Shown in pieces: positions 49,536 through 58,333 of a stretch of DNA of 64,000 nt (the first letter of the stretch is position 1; each line of letters begins with the position of its first letter). Origin of the DNA: Escherichia phage vB_EcoP_SU10; the sequence record NC_027395.1. One strand, written 5' to 3'. The notes under the pieces are model-generated. The model had not been told where the DNA came from and made no database searches. It worked only from the letters and a program-made list of their open reading frames with translations. The translations under genes and the position numbers were made by a program.

Positions 49536-50003
49536 TTACTCTATCTTAACTGAAGGACAATACTTCTCTTTCTTGCTGCGATACATAACAACAATCCAGT
49601 TTGAATCACGACGCTCTTTCTTACGTCGTTTCTTTTCAGCACGAGTTTCATATGTGCTAGTTCGGTGGTCACGATATATTCCACGAAGTTCATAAAATGC
49701 CCAACCACCACCAAACACTACACCAGCCAAAGCAGCCAAAGATGAGGCACCAAGAGCAGGGGCAGCGAACCATGTCCACCAGTAAAAGGTTGACACGTCG
49801 TTGTGCCCGAGAAGTGTCCCACCTACTCCAGTAAGTGCCGCACATATAACAGATAAGAATCCAGACAGTATAACAAAACGCAAAACTGTTCGCCAGAAGT
49901 ATTCACAAAAGTTAGTCATGTTGTCCCAATAGGAATCAGAGAGACTTGACGTAGCTTTGTTGAATCTGTGCAACCATCCGTTCTTATTAACCTTAATCAT
50001 CAT
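49536..50003 (-). CDS. membrane protein
   Basis: Several hydrophobic helices and basic C-terminal tail. Confidence 0.45.
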   Translation of the reverse strand: MMIKVNKNGWLHRFNKATSSLSDSYWDNMTNFCEYFWRTVLRFVILSGFLSVICAALTGVGGTLLGHNDVSTFYWWTWFAAPALGASSLAALAGVVFGGGWAFYELRGIYRDHRTSTYETRAEKKRRKKERRDSNWIVVMYRSKKEKYCPSVKIE

Positions 50004-50233
50004 TCGCCTTTCTTAGCACGATCTTTGGCAGTTTTACCGGTGCGAATGCGATGGGAAACGTTAACCAGAGTGCCACCATCAACTACGGTAACGCTCTTGT
50101 TTTTAGCCAGATCGAACACAGTTTTCTCCGTGCCACCCAAGCGAATTTGCTTAGGCTCACTGAAGGTTTGGGTTGATTTGGATTGGAACTGGAACGGTTG
50201 ACGGATTGCATCAATTGCACTTACTTTAGACAT
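50000..50233 (-). CDS. hypothetical protein
   Basis: 77-aa ORF. Confidence 0.35.
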   Translation of the reverse strand: MSKVSAIDAIRQPFQFQSKSTQTFSEPKQIRLGGTEKTVFDLAKNKSVTVVDGGTLVNVSHRIRTGKTAKDRAKKGE

Positions 50234-50452
50234 AGGGGAAATTCCTTAAAAAGTCATGGCTGCGTAGAGGGAATTCCCTACGCAAATTGGGCCGCCCACA
50301 GAGAGGCGTCATAGTACTAAAAGGAGGAGAGAAGAGGGCTTATTTAGCTACCTTTTTCTGTCCGTTTACGAACCAGATAATTGAACCGTCAGGCTGTCGT
50401 TGACCGAAGCCTTTCTGGTTAATCATATCGTCATAAGAATATGCTTTACGTC

Positions 50453-50713
50453 TCATTTGTTTTCCTGTGGAGTTAAGATAATTTCAGCTTTACTAAACTT
50501 CTCACCAACAACCATATCACCAGAGATGACACGCAGTTCTCCAGTGCCTAAGTTAACAGCTCCAGCAGGTTGACAGCCCCTGCTCTTAGCTGTAAGCATA
50601 TAAATCTTTTGATCCTTACATTCTTGGAGTGTGAATACGTCAGCCATGCTTAGGTCTTTAACATGGAGGATTATTTCCTCCTTGCTTTTAACTTTAATGT
50701 GAATAGTGCTCAT
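50453..50713 (-). CDS. small early protein, GDVF-motif paralog family
   Basis: LHVKDLSMADVFTL ... AVNLGTGEL. Confidence 0.45.
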   Translation of the reverse strand: MSTIHIKVKSKEEIILHVKDLSMADVFTLQECKDQKIYMLTAKSRGCQPAGAVNLGTGELRVISGDMVVGEKFSKAEIILTPQENK

Positions 50714-50715
50714 GA

Positions 50716-50961
50716 TTACTCCTGAACCACTGACATACGAATCACTTCAACTGGGGCATCACTTTTCATAACACCTAATACACCAGTAAGAAGATTAACT
50801 GTCGTAATCCAACCATCTTCTACAGAGATTTTGTTGGACACATTATTGACACGGATGTAATACTGAGGGGATGCCGTTCCTCTCTGAATTACGAAAGGGT
50901 TTCCGGGAATAATTGTAGCCAGTGAAACCGTGTTATCTTTAATCTTTGGGATGATCTTCAT
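50716..50961 (-). CDS. small early protein, GDVF-motif paralog family
   Basis: IIPGNPFVIQ ... TVNLLTG. Confidence 0.4.
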   Translation of the reverse strand: MKIIPKIKDNTVSLATIIPGNPFVIQRGTASPQYYIRVNNVSNKISVEDGWITTVNLLTGVLGVMKSDAPVEVIRMSVVQE

Positions 50962-51212
50962 TTAGAGTCCTTAATAACGTTAGCTTCAACCTTAACAGGA
51001 ATAACAGAGATACCCTCAACAGGACCACTCAAACTTCCATCTTCCAGCCTGACACACACGACTCGATCTCGTGCAACTTCCACCCAATTAGTAGATGCCG
51101 CAGTACAAACCATGTGGATTGGACCATTCTCTTCCAGTCGGAAGGTATCACCCTTCTTCAGAGTGTGGAGCTTTGCTGTCTTGATTGTTTTGTTCAACTC
51201 ATTGACTTTCAT
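50958..51212 (-). CDS. small early protein, GDVF-motif paralog family
   Basis: LHTLKKGDTFRLEENGPIHMVC. Confidence 0.45.
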   Translation of the reverse strand: MKVNELNKTIKTAKLHTLKKGDTFRLEENGPIHMVCTAASTNWVEVARDRVVCVRLEDGSLSGPVEGISVIPVKVEANVIKDSK

Positions 51213-51220
51213 ATTGATTC

Positions 51221-51532
51221 CTATTTAAGTTTGAGGCTAATATTAAGGTGCATACATGCCCTGTTCTGTACAGCAGCATAACTTCTACCAAGCATGTCAG
51301 CCATTCTCTGAATAGACATGAACCCAGCATTACGGATAAGGAACTGGTCTTCTTCTTTAGACCACTTAACTCGGATTGAAGCTCTTGATATTCCGAATTT
51401 AGTGCAAGCTGTGTTAACTGCATTCTCCGTTACATTCATAATCTGAGCAACTTCTTGAACCGAGTACTCTTTGATTAGTCTCCGAAGATTTTCAATCTGT
51501 ATAGGAGTCCATATAGTTCTTCGTGCTTTCAT
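51221..51532 (-). CDS. DNA-binding regulator with duplicated helix-turn-helix
   Basis: Internal repeat SVQEVAQIMNVTENAVNTA / SIQRMADMLGRSYAAVQNRA. Confidence 0.5.
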   Translation of the reverse strand: MKARRTIWTPIQIENLRRLIKEYSVQEVAQIMNVTENAVNTACTKFGISRASIRVKWSKEEDQFLIRNAGFMSIQRMADMLGRSYAAVQNRACMHLNISLKLK

Positions 51533-52027
51533 ACATCCTCCAGTTAATTGTTAAAATTATCAGGGGAGTACACTAGCTCTGGGCCACGCTGTAGATATCG
51601 GCCTACCTTCCACAGCTAATCAGCTAATGTACTCTCCTAATAGTTTATGAATAGGGGGAGGGGACGAATCCTCCCTTATCCTATTAATTAATATTGCATG
51701 TAAGATCTAACAATCGGTTGCCTTTGTAGGAATAGGTGTAAAGCCAATCCAGCACTAAACTCCCGCCCCCTTAGTGGGCTGGGTTATTAAAGGGTAACGC
51801 CCTTATGGGCTAGTTACATGAATGTTAGTTTGATAGGAGATCTGAAGTCCTATCTCAAAGGACTCTCGTAAGAATCCTTCACGATATTACTTATTCATTT
51901 TTCGTCGGCTATCTCTCCAAGCCAACCAAGTGTAGGTTTTCAACTCTTCTAAACTTTCTGGAGTGAATAGGTATTCTTTGAAGGTGTCACTAAACCACTC
52001 TAAAAATTCTTCAGTCATAATAACATC

Positions 52028-52273
52028 TCATTTCTTAGGTAGAATAATATCCCACAGCCATGCCCACAAAATAAGTGATATAAAAATCACAGCAATGATG
52101 GGCCATAGAAAAACTATAATTGCTATCTTTGATAAGTTTGGTTCGTTATCCCACCCTCTGAACTCGATACTGCCCTTTACATCAAGATATCTTACCAGAG
52201 CTGAAACTATCACAATACCTATCAGGTAAACAATCAAGACACTAACAGGACTGATCACAAGGTTGATCTCCAC
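52028..52273 (-). CDS. small membrane protein
   Basis: 81 aa, two long hydrophobic helices. Confidence 0.4.
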   Translation of the reverse strand: MEINLVISPVSVLIVYLIGIVIVSALVRYLDVKGSIEFRGWDNEPNLSKIAIIVFLWPIIAVIFISLILWAWLWDIILPKK

Positions 52274-52427
52274 ATGTTTTACAAATCACTGGTGAATAAC
52301 TACAGGCAGGATATACTGACACACCATCAAACGTTTCACACCCACAATCAGGGCACTCACCATTGGATTCCATGTCATCATCATCATCATACACTTCTCC
52401 ACCACCATAACAGCTCATATGAACTCC

Positions 52428-52649
52428 TTAGTAAACTAAACCTATAGCCTTTGCATCAGGCTGAGGGACTACTTTTGCACTAGGGCGATAGCCATCCACT
52501 GAGCCATTCCAAAGATTGACACAGGTGATATACCCATCGTTCAAGTAGTCTGTTTTAATCCAGAAGTGTTTATCATGACCAAAAATACTTCCGTTTGGCA
52601 GAGTGGACAGCTCAACGGTTTTAAGCGACTGCTTAGAGTCTAGTTTCAT
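52428..52649 (-). CDS. small early protein, GDVF-motif paralog family
   Basis: LSTLPNGSIFGHDKHFWIKTDYLNDGYITCVNLWNG. Confidence 0.45.
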   Translation of the reverse strand: MKLDSKQSLKTVELSTLPNGSIFGHDKHFWIKTDYLNDGYITCVNLWNGSVDGYRPSAKVVPQPDAKAIGLVY

Positions 52650-52656
52650 AATAACC

Positions 52657-52905
52657 TCAATTATCGTAGCATGTATTCCAATACATGTAGTTAACGTACG
52701 TTCTCGGTTTGATTCCGTACATGATGAAGTGAGTCTTCTTAATCCTTTCCTTCAGCGTGTAATAAAGGCCATCACTGAAGTTACCAATCTTTACTTGGAA
52801 GCGTAAGGAGCGAGCATCCATTCGAAGCATAGAGATTAGCTGTACCCTACTACCTCCAGCCATCTCTTCAAGAAGCTTCTTTGTATTCCAATAATGAGCT
52901 GTCAT
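52657..52905 (-). CDS. hypothetical protein
   Basis: 82-aa ORF. Confidence 0.3.
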   Translation of the reverse strand: MTAHYWNTKKLLEEMAGGSRVQLISMLRMDARSLRFQVKIGNFSDGLYYTLKERIKKTHFIMYGIKPRTYVNYMYWNTCYDN

Positions 52906-52906
52906 A

Positions 52907-53188
52907 TTACCACTCCTTACCGGTTGTTGTTACAGAACCACCACACCACTGCGCATCGGATAAGGTTTTAGTCTTCTCATCTACTGCTGCACCATTCAGG
53001 CATGAGATACCACTGTAACGCATATCAATTTCACCAGAAGGAACCTTCTCGCCCTTATGCCAGCGAGAAACACAAACACCTTCCACTGCTACTGCACACC
53101 ATCCATCAGGACGGCTCTGTACGCAGCCTGTAAGGGCCACACAGACAAGGAAGATACAGATTAAGGATATTACACCACCCCAACTCAT
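52907..53188 (-). CDS. Cys-rich lipoprotein candidate
   Basis: Hydrophobic leader ending in lipobox LTGC; n-region lacks basic residues. Confidence 0.4.
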   Translation of the reverse strand: MSWGGVISLICIFLVCVALTGCVQSRPDGWCAVAVEGVCVSRWHKGEKVPSGEIDMRYSGISCLNGAAVDEKTKTLSDAQWCGGSVTTTGKEW

Positions 53189-53328
53189 AACTACCTCCTA
53201 TTTGATTTGGTGGACTATCTGGAATCGAACCAGAAGCTCACTAAGAAAGTAATTCCCACTGTTATAAAAGCACTTGCCTCAACAGGGATACACTAACTCT
53301 GGTGCCGCACCCATACTAGCCCTAAATG

Positions 53329-53404
53329 TGGTGCGCCCTACAGGACTCGAACCTGTAACCAATAGCTTAGAAGGCTACTGCTCTATCCATTGAGCTAAGA
53401 GCGC
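53329..53404 (-). tRNA. tRNA-Arg (anticodon UCU)
   Basis: Hand-folded cloverleaf: acceptor GCGCTCT/AGGGCGC, D-arm GCTC-AATGGATA-GAGC, anticodon loop CTTCTAA, T-arm ACAGG-TTCGAGT-CCTGT, encoded CCA. Confidence 0.8.
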
Positions 53405-53411
53405 AGAAGAT

Positions 53412-53636
53412 TTAGATCATATCTCGTTTGGTGATATGACCACATGCTTTACATCGAAGTATATAACGAGTCCCTGTATCTTCTAGTTTACCGAACTCAT
53501 CATACACATTTAAACGAATCTCTTTTACAGTTTCCCATTCATGGAGATGGAAGAGATATTTAAACCACTTGAACATAATAACCTCAAGCACAAGCAGGGA
53601 GTGTGATGATTTTATACTGACCTTCAAACTCTCCAA
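53412..53636 (-). CDS. hypothetical protein
   Basis: 74-aa ORF; possible C-x2-C near C-terminus. Confidence 0.3.
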   Translation of the reverse strand: MESLKVSIKSSHSLLVLEVIMFKWFKYLFHLHEWETVKEIRLNVYDEFGKLEDTGTRYILRCKACGHITKRDMI

Positions 53637-53835
53637 ATAAACCTAAGAATGTAGGACTGTACGTACCAGTACAAACAAACTCATCAAACAATGCGTTATA
53701 GCTAGGCTTAATCTTCCAAGCCCATACATAACCCATCTTGTCAATTGCAATGTAACGAGTGTTCAGAGGAACAGTCATCATCACATCATCAACTTCAATC
53801 ACTTTAGTTATTGGTGCAGCTTGAAAGTTTTTCAT
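53584..53835 (-). CDS. hypothetical protein
   Basis: Start at MKNFQAAP. Confidence 0.3.
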   Translation of the reverse strand: MKNFQAAPITKVIEVDDVMMTVPLNTRYIAIDKMGYVWAWKIKPSYNALFDEFVCTGTYSPTFLGLFGEFEGQYKIITLPACA

Positions 53836-54056
53836 CCTACTCTCCTGACGTTTAGGGTAGCTTGATAAAATTTGACAGGACAACTTCTGTCAAACGTAAA
53901 TCTTGTTTCAGGGTTATTTATACAGATAGCATGTCTGTGCATAACCTTCATATATAAAGGAGGTTTTGTATCCCCATCTATCTCTAGAGAGAACACATCA
54001 CCATTACGGAGGCTGCCAAAAGTGTTATCTTTAGGCTCAGAGCGAACGATAATCAT
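53832..54056 (-). CDS. small early protein, GDVF-motif paralog family
   Basis: FGSLRNGDVFSLEIDG ... YMKV ... ICINN. Confidence 0.45.
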   Translation of the reverse strand: MIIVRSEPKDNTFGSLRNGDVFSLEIDGDTKPPLYMKVMHRHAICINNPETRFTFDRSCPVKFYQATLNVRRVG

Positions 54057-54273
54057 ACTTTACCTTTGATAAAAATATCATTACCACAGACACAGCATGA
54101 ACGAACAACAGTAGCGCCACGCTGAACGATACGAACCTCTTCTTTAACCAGATTGACACGAGCACCACAACAAGGAGAGTTAACATAAGAGTAACCAGCT
54201 TGTGTATTCTTGATTGTTTGCTTAGACATTTGAGCTTCCTCTTGTTAGTTTAAGTAAGAGCTGACCCTTAATT

Positions 54274-54302
54274 AAAACAACAAAGGCCGCCCGAAGGCAG
54301 CC
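54274..54302 (-). terminator. intrinsic terminator (strand-specific, UUCG loop)
   Basis: - strand GGCTGCC-TTCG-GGCGGCC then TTTGTTGTTTT. Confidence 0.55.
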
Positions 54303-54307
54303 TCTCT

Positions 54308-54559
54308 TTATTGACTAACACCACGAATCAGATGATTCTGTAGCATTTCATCTTCTGCATTATACAGGAATGCAAACATCAACTCCTTAGCCACATCTCT
54401 TGAGCAATTAAGACACTTAGAGATTTGCGTTAGTTGCATGTTGCGTTCTGTGTGTTCCATCAAGGCAATGCGAATGATCTCTCGCATACCTATCACATGG
54501 GTTGTCTTAACCGGCATAGGTCCAATTGCCTTGTTTGTTACGGATGGCTGACATTGCAT
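54308..54559 (-). CDS. hypothetical protein
   Basis: 83-aa ORF. Confidence 0.35.
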   Translation of the reverse strand: MQCQPSVTNKAIGPMPVKTTHVIGMREIIRIALMEHTERNMQLTQISKCLNCSRDVAKELMFAFLYNAEDEMLQNHLIRGVSQ

Positions 54560-55005
54560 GAATCCAGAAGCCTTCCAGTTTCAGAGCACCATTAGCTACT
54601 GCATCCATACGTTCAGGGCGGTTCATACGTTTGGTTGATACTTTCATACCTATCTCTCTTTGTTAGTGGAGGCATTATTGCCAGTTGATATAAGGGATAG
54701 CCCTAGTCAGTAGGCTAATCCTGACCGCGTACTCATTGCCGACCTTCTCTGCCTAAGAGTTCAGGTTCTAGAGCTATCTCTTATTCCAACTGGTGAAGAC
54801 TCCCTACCCCTAGGAAGTCTCCTGAATCCCAAACCAATATGTACCCCTACATATTAGAAAGTCTTTCGAAAATTAACAGGTTTTAGTCTAGCACCGGATG
54901 TTCGAGCAAGCTCTCCCTAGCGGTGTGGCATATGCCTGAATTAATAAGTTAATGAGGAACACCCTCACATAGCCCTCTGATAAACACAAGGGCTATAAGT
55001 CGGTG

Positions 55006-55224
55006 TTACTTTTGGGATAAACACAGATCAGGACGTGGCATAACAGTGGTTGATAAACCGAAGACTTCAACAGAACCACTGTTCAGATCGGCGGCCTTAC
55101 ACAAACCGTCAGGAGTTTTATCTTCTAACATCAGCCAGAAACGTCTATCGTAAGAGAAAACATCACCACTTTTAACATCTTCTGCATTTGCATATTTAGG
55201 ATAATCAACTACTTTAATTTCCAT
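55006..55224 (-). CDS. small early protein, GDVF-motif paralog family
   Basis: VKSGDVFSYDRRFWLMLEDKTPDGLCKAADLNSG. Confidence 0.45.
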   Translation of the reverse strand: MEIKVVDYPKYANAEDVKSGDVFSYDRRFWLMLEDKTPDGLCKAADLNSGSVEVFGLSTTVMPRPDLCLSQK

Positions 55225-55482
55225 TCACTTACCCTTGTTGGTAATAACAACATCGTGAAGAAGAACAACCTTGCTTTTCGAGCTAAGCTTAAGGACTTGC
55301 TTATTTGTTAGACTAAGGACGACACAACCACCATCGGAAGGCTTGGTCTCTTCAATCTGTGGGGTAAATAGCTGAACAACCATGTAGAAATCTGCTCGTG
55401 TTTCCCTGATTTGGAATACATCTCCAAGTTTGAGATCACCAACACACAAAGACGGTTCATTTACTTCAAGATTAATCTTCAT
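55225..55482 (-). CDS. small early protein, GDVF-motif paralog family
   Basis: LKLGDVFQIRETRADFYMVV. Confidence 0.45.
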   Translation of the reverse strand: MKINLEVNEPSLCVGDLKLGDVFQIRETRADFYMVVQLFTPQIEETKPSDGGCVVLSLTNKQVLKLSSKSKVVLLHDVVITNKGK

Positions 55483-55708
55483 CTTTAGCCTCTATATTGG
55501 TTATGTGGAGATCACTGCGTACTTGGCAGACTTCATCCCGTTTAAAAGGCATGAGCTTTCCAGTTACCACATCAACACAGTTGACATAATTGTCTGCGTA
55601 CAATGTGTCGGTTCTAATGTAAAGAGAATCTTTACGCTCAAATAGAATCCCCGGCTTCATGTTATTCAAGCGGAGCATCGTACGATCGGATTTAATATTA
55701 ACTTTCAC
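55472..55708 (-). CDS. small early protein, GDVF-motif paralog family
   Basis: MKPGILFERKDSLYIRTD ... CVDVVTG. Confidence 0.45.
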   Translation of the reverse strand: MKVNIKSDRTMLRLNNMKPGILFERKDSLYIRTDTLYADNYVNCVDVVTGKLMPFKRDEVCQVRSDLHITNIEAKDED

Positions 55709-55710
55709 TG

Positions 55711-55935
55711 TTAATCCACCTTATTAGTAAGTCGGGCATTGCTGATCTTCTTGATGACCGTATTACTCTCATCCGTTGCTATAACGCCACAGGAAAGGTT
55801 GATATAGCTCCTCTTGTCTGTTGTCCCAAACTTCTGACTGGATAACATATAATAATTCTCTCCATCTAGAGGGAACTGGAACACATCACCTGATTCTAAA
55901 TCCCCAAGAGTTAAAACCTTTGGGGAGTTGTTCAT
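55711..55935 (-). CDS. small early protein, GDVF-motif paralog family
   Basis: Start at MNNSPKV; LESGDVFQFPLDGENYYML. Confidence 0.45.
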   Translation of the reverse strand: MNNSPKVLTLGDLESGDVFQFPLDGENYYMLSSQKFGTTDKRSYINLSCGVIATDESNTVIKKISNARLTNKVD

Positions 55936-55936
55936 A

Positions 55937-56233
55937 TCAATTATCACTGTTAATCTCCTGCTGCTTAGCAATAGCCACTCGCAAGTCTTCATTAGCACGA
56001 GCAAGGCGCAACACTTCATGATTGAGGTTCTGAAGACGTTTGTTTCTGTCTTCAACTTGCATAATAAGATCGTTGAGTGTTACTTTAACTTTCTCATTAT
56101 ACATCTCATCCACTCGGACTAGAGATTTATACATTCTTTCCCAGCTTGCTGCTTTGTTTCTTAGGACAATAAATCCTAGAACGCTGATAGTTAAACAGCT
56201 TACAAAAAGGAATTTATATATTTCTAAAGTCAT
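55937..56233 (-). CDS. membrane-anchored coiled-coil protein
   Basis: N-terminal TM FLFVSCLTISVLGFIVL then heptad-like helix. Confidence 0.4.
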   Translation of the reverse strand: MTLEIYKFLFVSCLTISVLGFIVLRNKAASWERMYKSLVRVDEMYNEKVKVTLNDLIMQVEDRNKRLQNLNHEVLRLARANEDLRVAIAKQQEINSDN

Positions 56234-56432
56234 ATTATTTACCCTTTATCAGAGATTAAAAGTAATATTATTTAAGTAAGTTATGTTTAGTAAACTTATT
56301 TTCTAAGAAATTTTCAAAGGGTCTATATACAGAGCATTACCCATAGTTCCAGAATACTACCATCTTTTTCAATAAATTTACTAAGTGATTGGTTTATAAA
56401 GGAATTTAGTTTGTCAAATCTGGCACTAGTGA

Positions 56433-56822
56433 TTATTCCCTAGAGCTATTATCGAACACTAAATCACCACAATACATAGGATTGGCATACCATTTTGGCA
56501 CCCCTTCGCTCTTACTCTGAAAGTAAGTCCCACTGTACAGCGGAACATAATTCTTCTTAAGGGCACGTTTAGCCAGCCGCTCGCTTTCTCCAATAGCTTG
56601 CTTAGTCATCGGATTTTTATCACGAATCAGCTTTACATAACGTTTATAAGGTTTCTCCTGTTTTAATAGTACCGGAATCCACTCAAACTGGTTCTTTTGT
56701 CTTATCACCTGTTCAGCGGTCAGTTTTCGTTGGGCCATTCTATTTATCACGGTATCCGCAACTAAAGCCTTACATGCGGTTGGCTGATTCCCTGCCTCAT
56801 AATAAATAGTCAATGTCAACAT
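56433..56822 (-). CDS. cell-wall hydrolase-like protein (SleB-type domain)
   Basis: IYYEAGNQPTACKALVADTVINRMA resembles the YAEARGE ... VA-VV-NR motif of SleB-type hydrolases. Confidence 0.45.
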   Translation of the reverse strand: MLTLTIYYEAGNQPTACKALVADTVINRMAQRKLTAEQVIRQKNQFEWIPVLLKQEKPYKRYVKLIRDKNPMTKQAIGESERLAKRALKKNYVPLYSGTYFQSKSEGVPKWYANPMYCGDLVFDNSSRE

Positions 56823-56871
56823 TAGCTGGGCCGTTGTTATCAGAACTTGCTACCTCCTGTTTTACGGGCAT

Positions 56872-56897
56872 AAAAAAGCCCCAGCCGTAGCCGGGGC
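56872..56897 (-). terminator. intrinsic terminator
   Basis: GCCCC ... GGGGC hairpin then TTTTTT on - strand. Confidence 0.45.
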
Positions 56898-56958
56898 AAA
56901 CCTGAAAGCAACACATGACCGTTGCTATAAATACACTCGCAAATGCACTTATAGCAAC

Positions 56959-56981
56959 GCAAAAAGCCGCTCAAAGGCGGC
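56959..56981 (-). terminator. intrinsic terminator
   Basis: AGCCGC-CTTTGA-GCGGCT then TTTTG on - strand. Confidence 0.45.
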
Positions 56982-57063
56982 TATGCGGAAGCTTCAAATG
57001 GGGAGAGGGCACGACGCTACAGAAAGAGCGTCATAGTACTAAAAGAGGGGGGCTATATTCCTA

Positions 57064-57507
57064 CTACTTAACCCTTGCCTCTTTGATGGGGTCAATGTAT
57101 TTTTCAACGCCCCACTTGTGTTTACTATCTGCGTAGAAAACATCAGGTGCACACTGGCTTGTCTTAGGGAAAGCCTGCGGGTCTTTCGTGCTACCCTTAA
57201 ACTTCTGTTTACCACGGGTGCGACCATTACAGAAGATTTCTAACTTCTTCTCTTCTTCTGTTTTAGCGCCCCCGCTCTGTAACAAAGAACGTTTATGATC
57301 AGCTAACAACAACGCATCAGCACGATGGACACGATGACCTACACGTTTTGCCACACTGGAAGGGACATGGGATTCAGCCTCAGCTTTTGCAGCACGACGT
57401 TTTAAACTACGCTTACTGACGTGATTAGTTGCCTTCGGCTTCTCTTTCTCCAGTTCAGAGATAGAAAAACAACGCCCGCCCTTCATGCTGATTTTAGATT
57501 TAGCCAC
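57064..57507 (-). CDS. basic early protein
   Basis: 147 aa, Lys/Arg-rich. Confidence 0.45.
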   Translation of the reverse strand: MAKSKISMKGGRCFSISELEKEKPKATNHVSKRSLKRRAAKAEAESHVPSSVAKRVGHRVHRADALLLADHKRSLLQSGGAKTEEEKKLEIFCNGRTRGKQKFKGSTKDPQAFPKTSQCAPDVFYADSKHKWGVEKYIDPIKEARVK

Positions 57508-57576
57508 AATCTTATTCCTTTTAGTGATAAGTTATATCGGGCAAGCCCATCAAGGTGATAGGCTTGAACAAACAAC

Positions 57577-57786
57577 TTAATCAAGTAAACCGAATGACTT
57601 CCAACTGCGTAGCAGGGTTGTACCATCATCCATAGTTACACATAATTTTAGTAGTTTCTTATTGGCACTACTCACCGTTGTAATTCGTCCGGTTGTACAT
57701 TTACCTTTATTGCTATAAAGATACACTACACGACGACCTAACAAACGAGAGGGAGCTTTCTTAAACTCTGAAATATTAGTGATCAT
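57577..57786 (-). CDS. hypothetical protein
   Basis: 69-aa ORF. Confidence 0.35.
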   Translation of the reverse strand: MITNISEFKKAPSRLLGRRVVYLYSNKGKCTTGRITTVSSANKKLLKLCVTMDDGTTLLRSWKSFGLLD

Positions 57787-58007
57787 AATGCTTGATACCT
57801 TTGAATATGTTCAATACGGGTGGATTGAGCAAATGACGCTTTAACAGCCATTTTCCTAACTTCTTCTTTACGTTGGTTAGTGTGTACAGTATCCCAATGA
57901 CTGTTATCACGTTGGCGCTGTAATATCTTACTACATTTGCGATGGTTTCCCGTGCTGCGATGTTTCTCACAAATAGGACATTTGCCAAAATTATTACTGA
58001 ATATCAT
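57783..58007 (-). CDS. zinc-finger-like small protein
   Basis: GKCPICEKH ... H ... C. Confidence 0.35.
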   Translation of the reverse strand: MIFSNNFGKCPICEKHRSTGNHRKCSKILQRQRDNSHWDTVHTNQRKEEVRKMAVKASFAQSTRIEHIQRYQAL

Positions 58008-58231
58008 TTTCTCAATCCCAACTTTCTTAAGATACGGCCTAACGTTGTTTCTTGCGTGATAATATAGCTGATCGCTTCACGTTCCGATGTTTCAATCTTC
58101 ATTGGTGACGGATACCATTCACCGGTAATAACACATTTACATTCAACGCCATACTTTTTAGATAGGCGGTAATGTTGACCGTTGACAAGATTCCTATAAA
58201 TCGTGGTATGCGTAATTAACATGATCATCAC
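58004..58231 (-). CDS. hypothetical protein
   Basis: 75-aa ORF. Confidence 0.35.
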   Translation of the reverse strand: MMIMLITHTTIYRNLVNGQHYRLSKKYGVECKCVITGEWYPSPMKIETSEREAISYIITQETTLGRILRKLGLRK

Positions 58232-58333
58232 CTTTGATTAAATTCTTTGATTAATGCACTGAATCAATGCACTGATAAAAGAAAAGGCGCTACCCATTAA
58301 GATAGCGCCTTATGTTTATTCAAATTGTCTTAC

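Noticed and set aside
53208-53325. Second complete tRNA gene next to tRNA-Arg
   Set aside because: A T-arm and CCA are present but no D-arm/anticodon-arm cloverleaf could be folded by hand; kept as a fragment.
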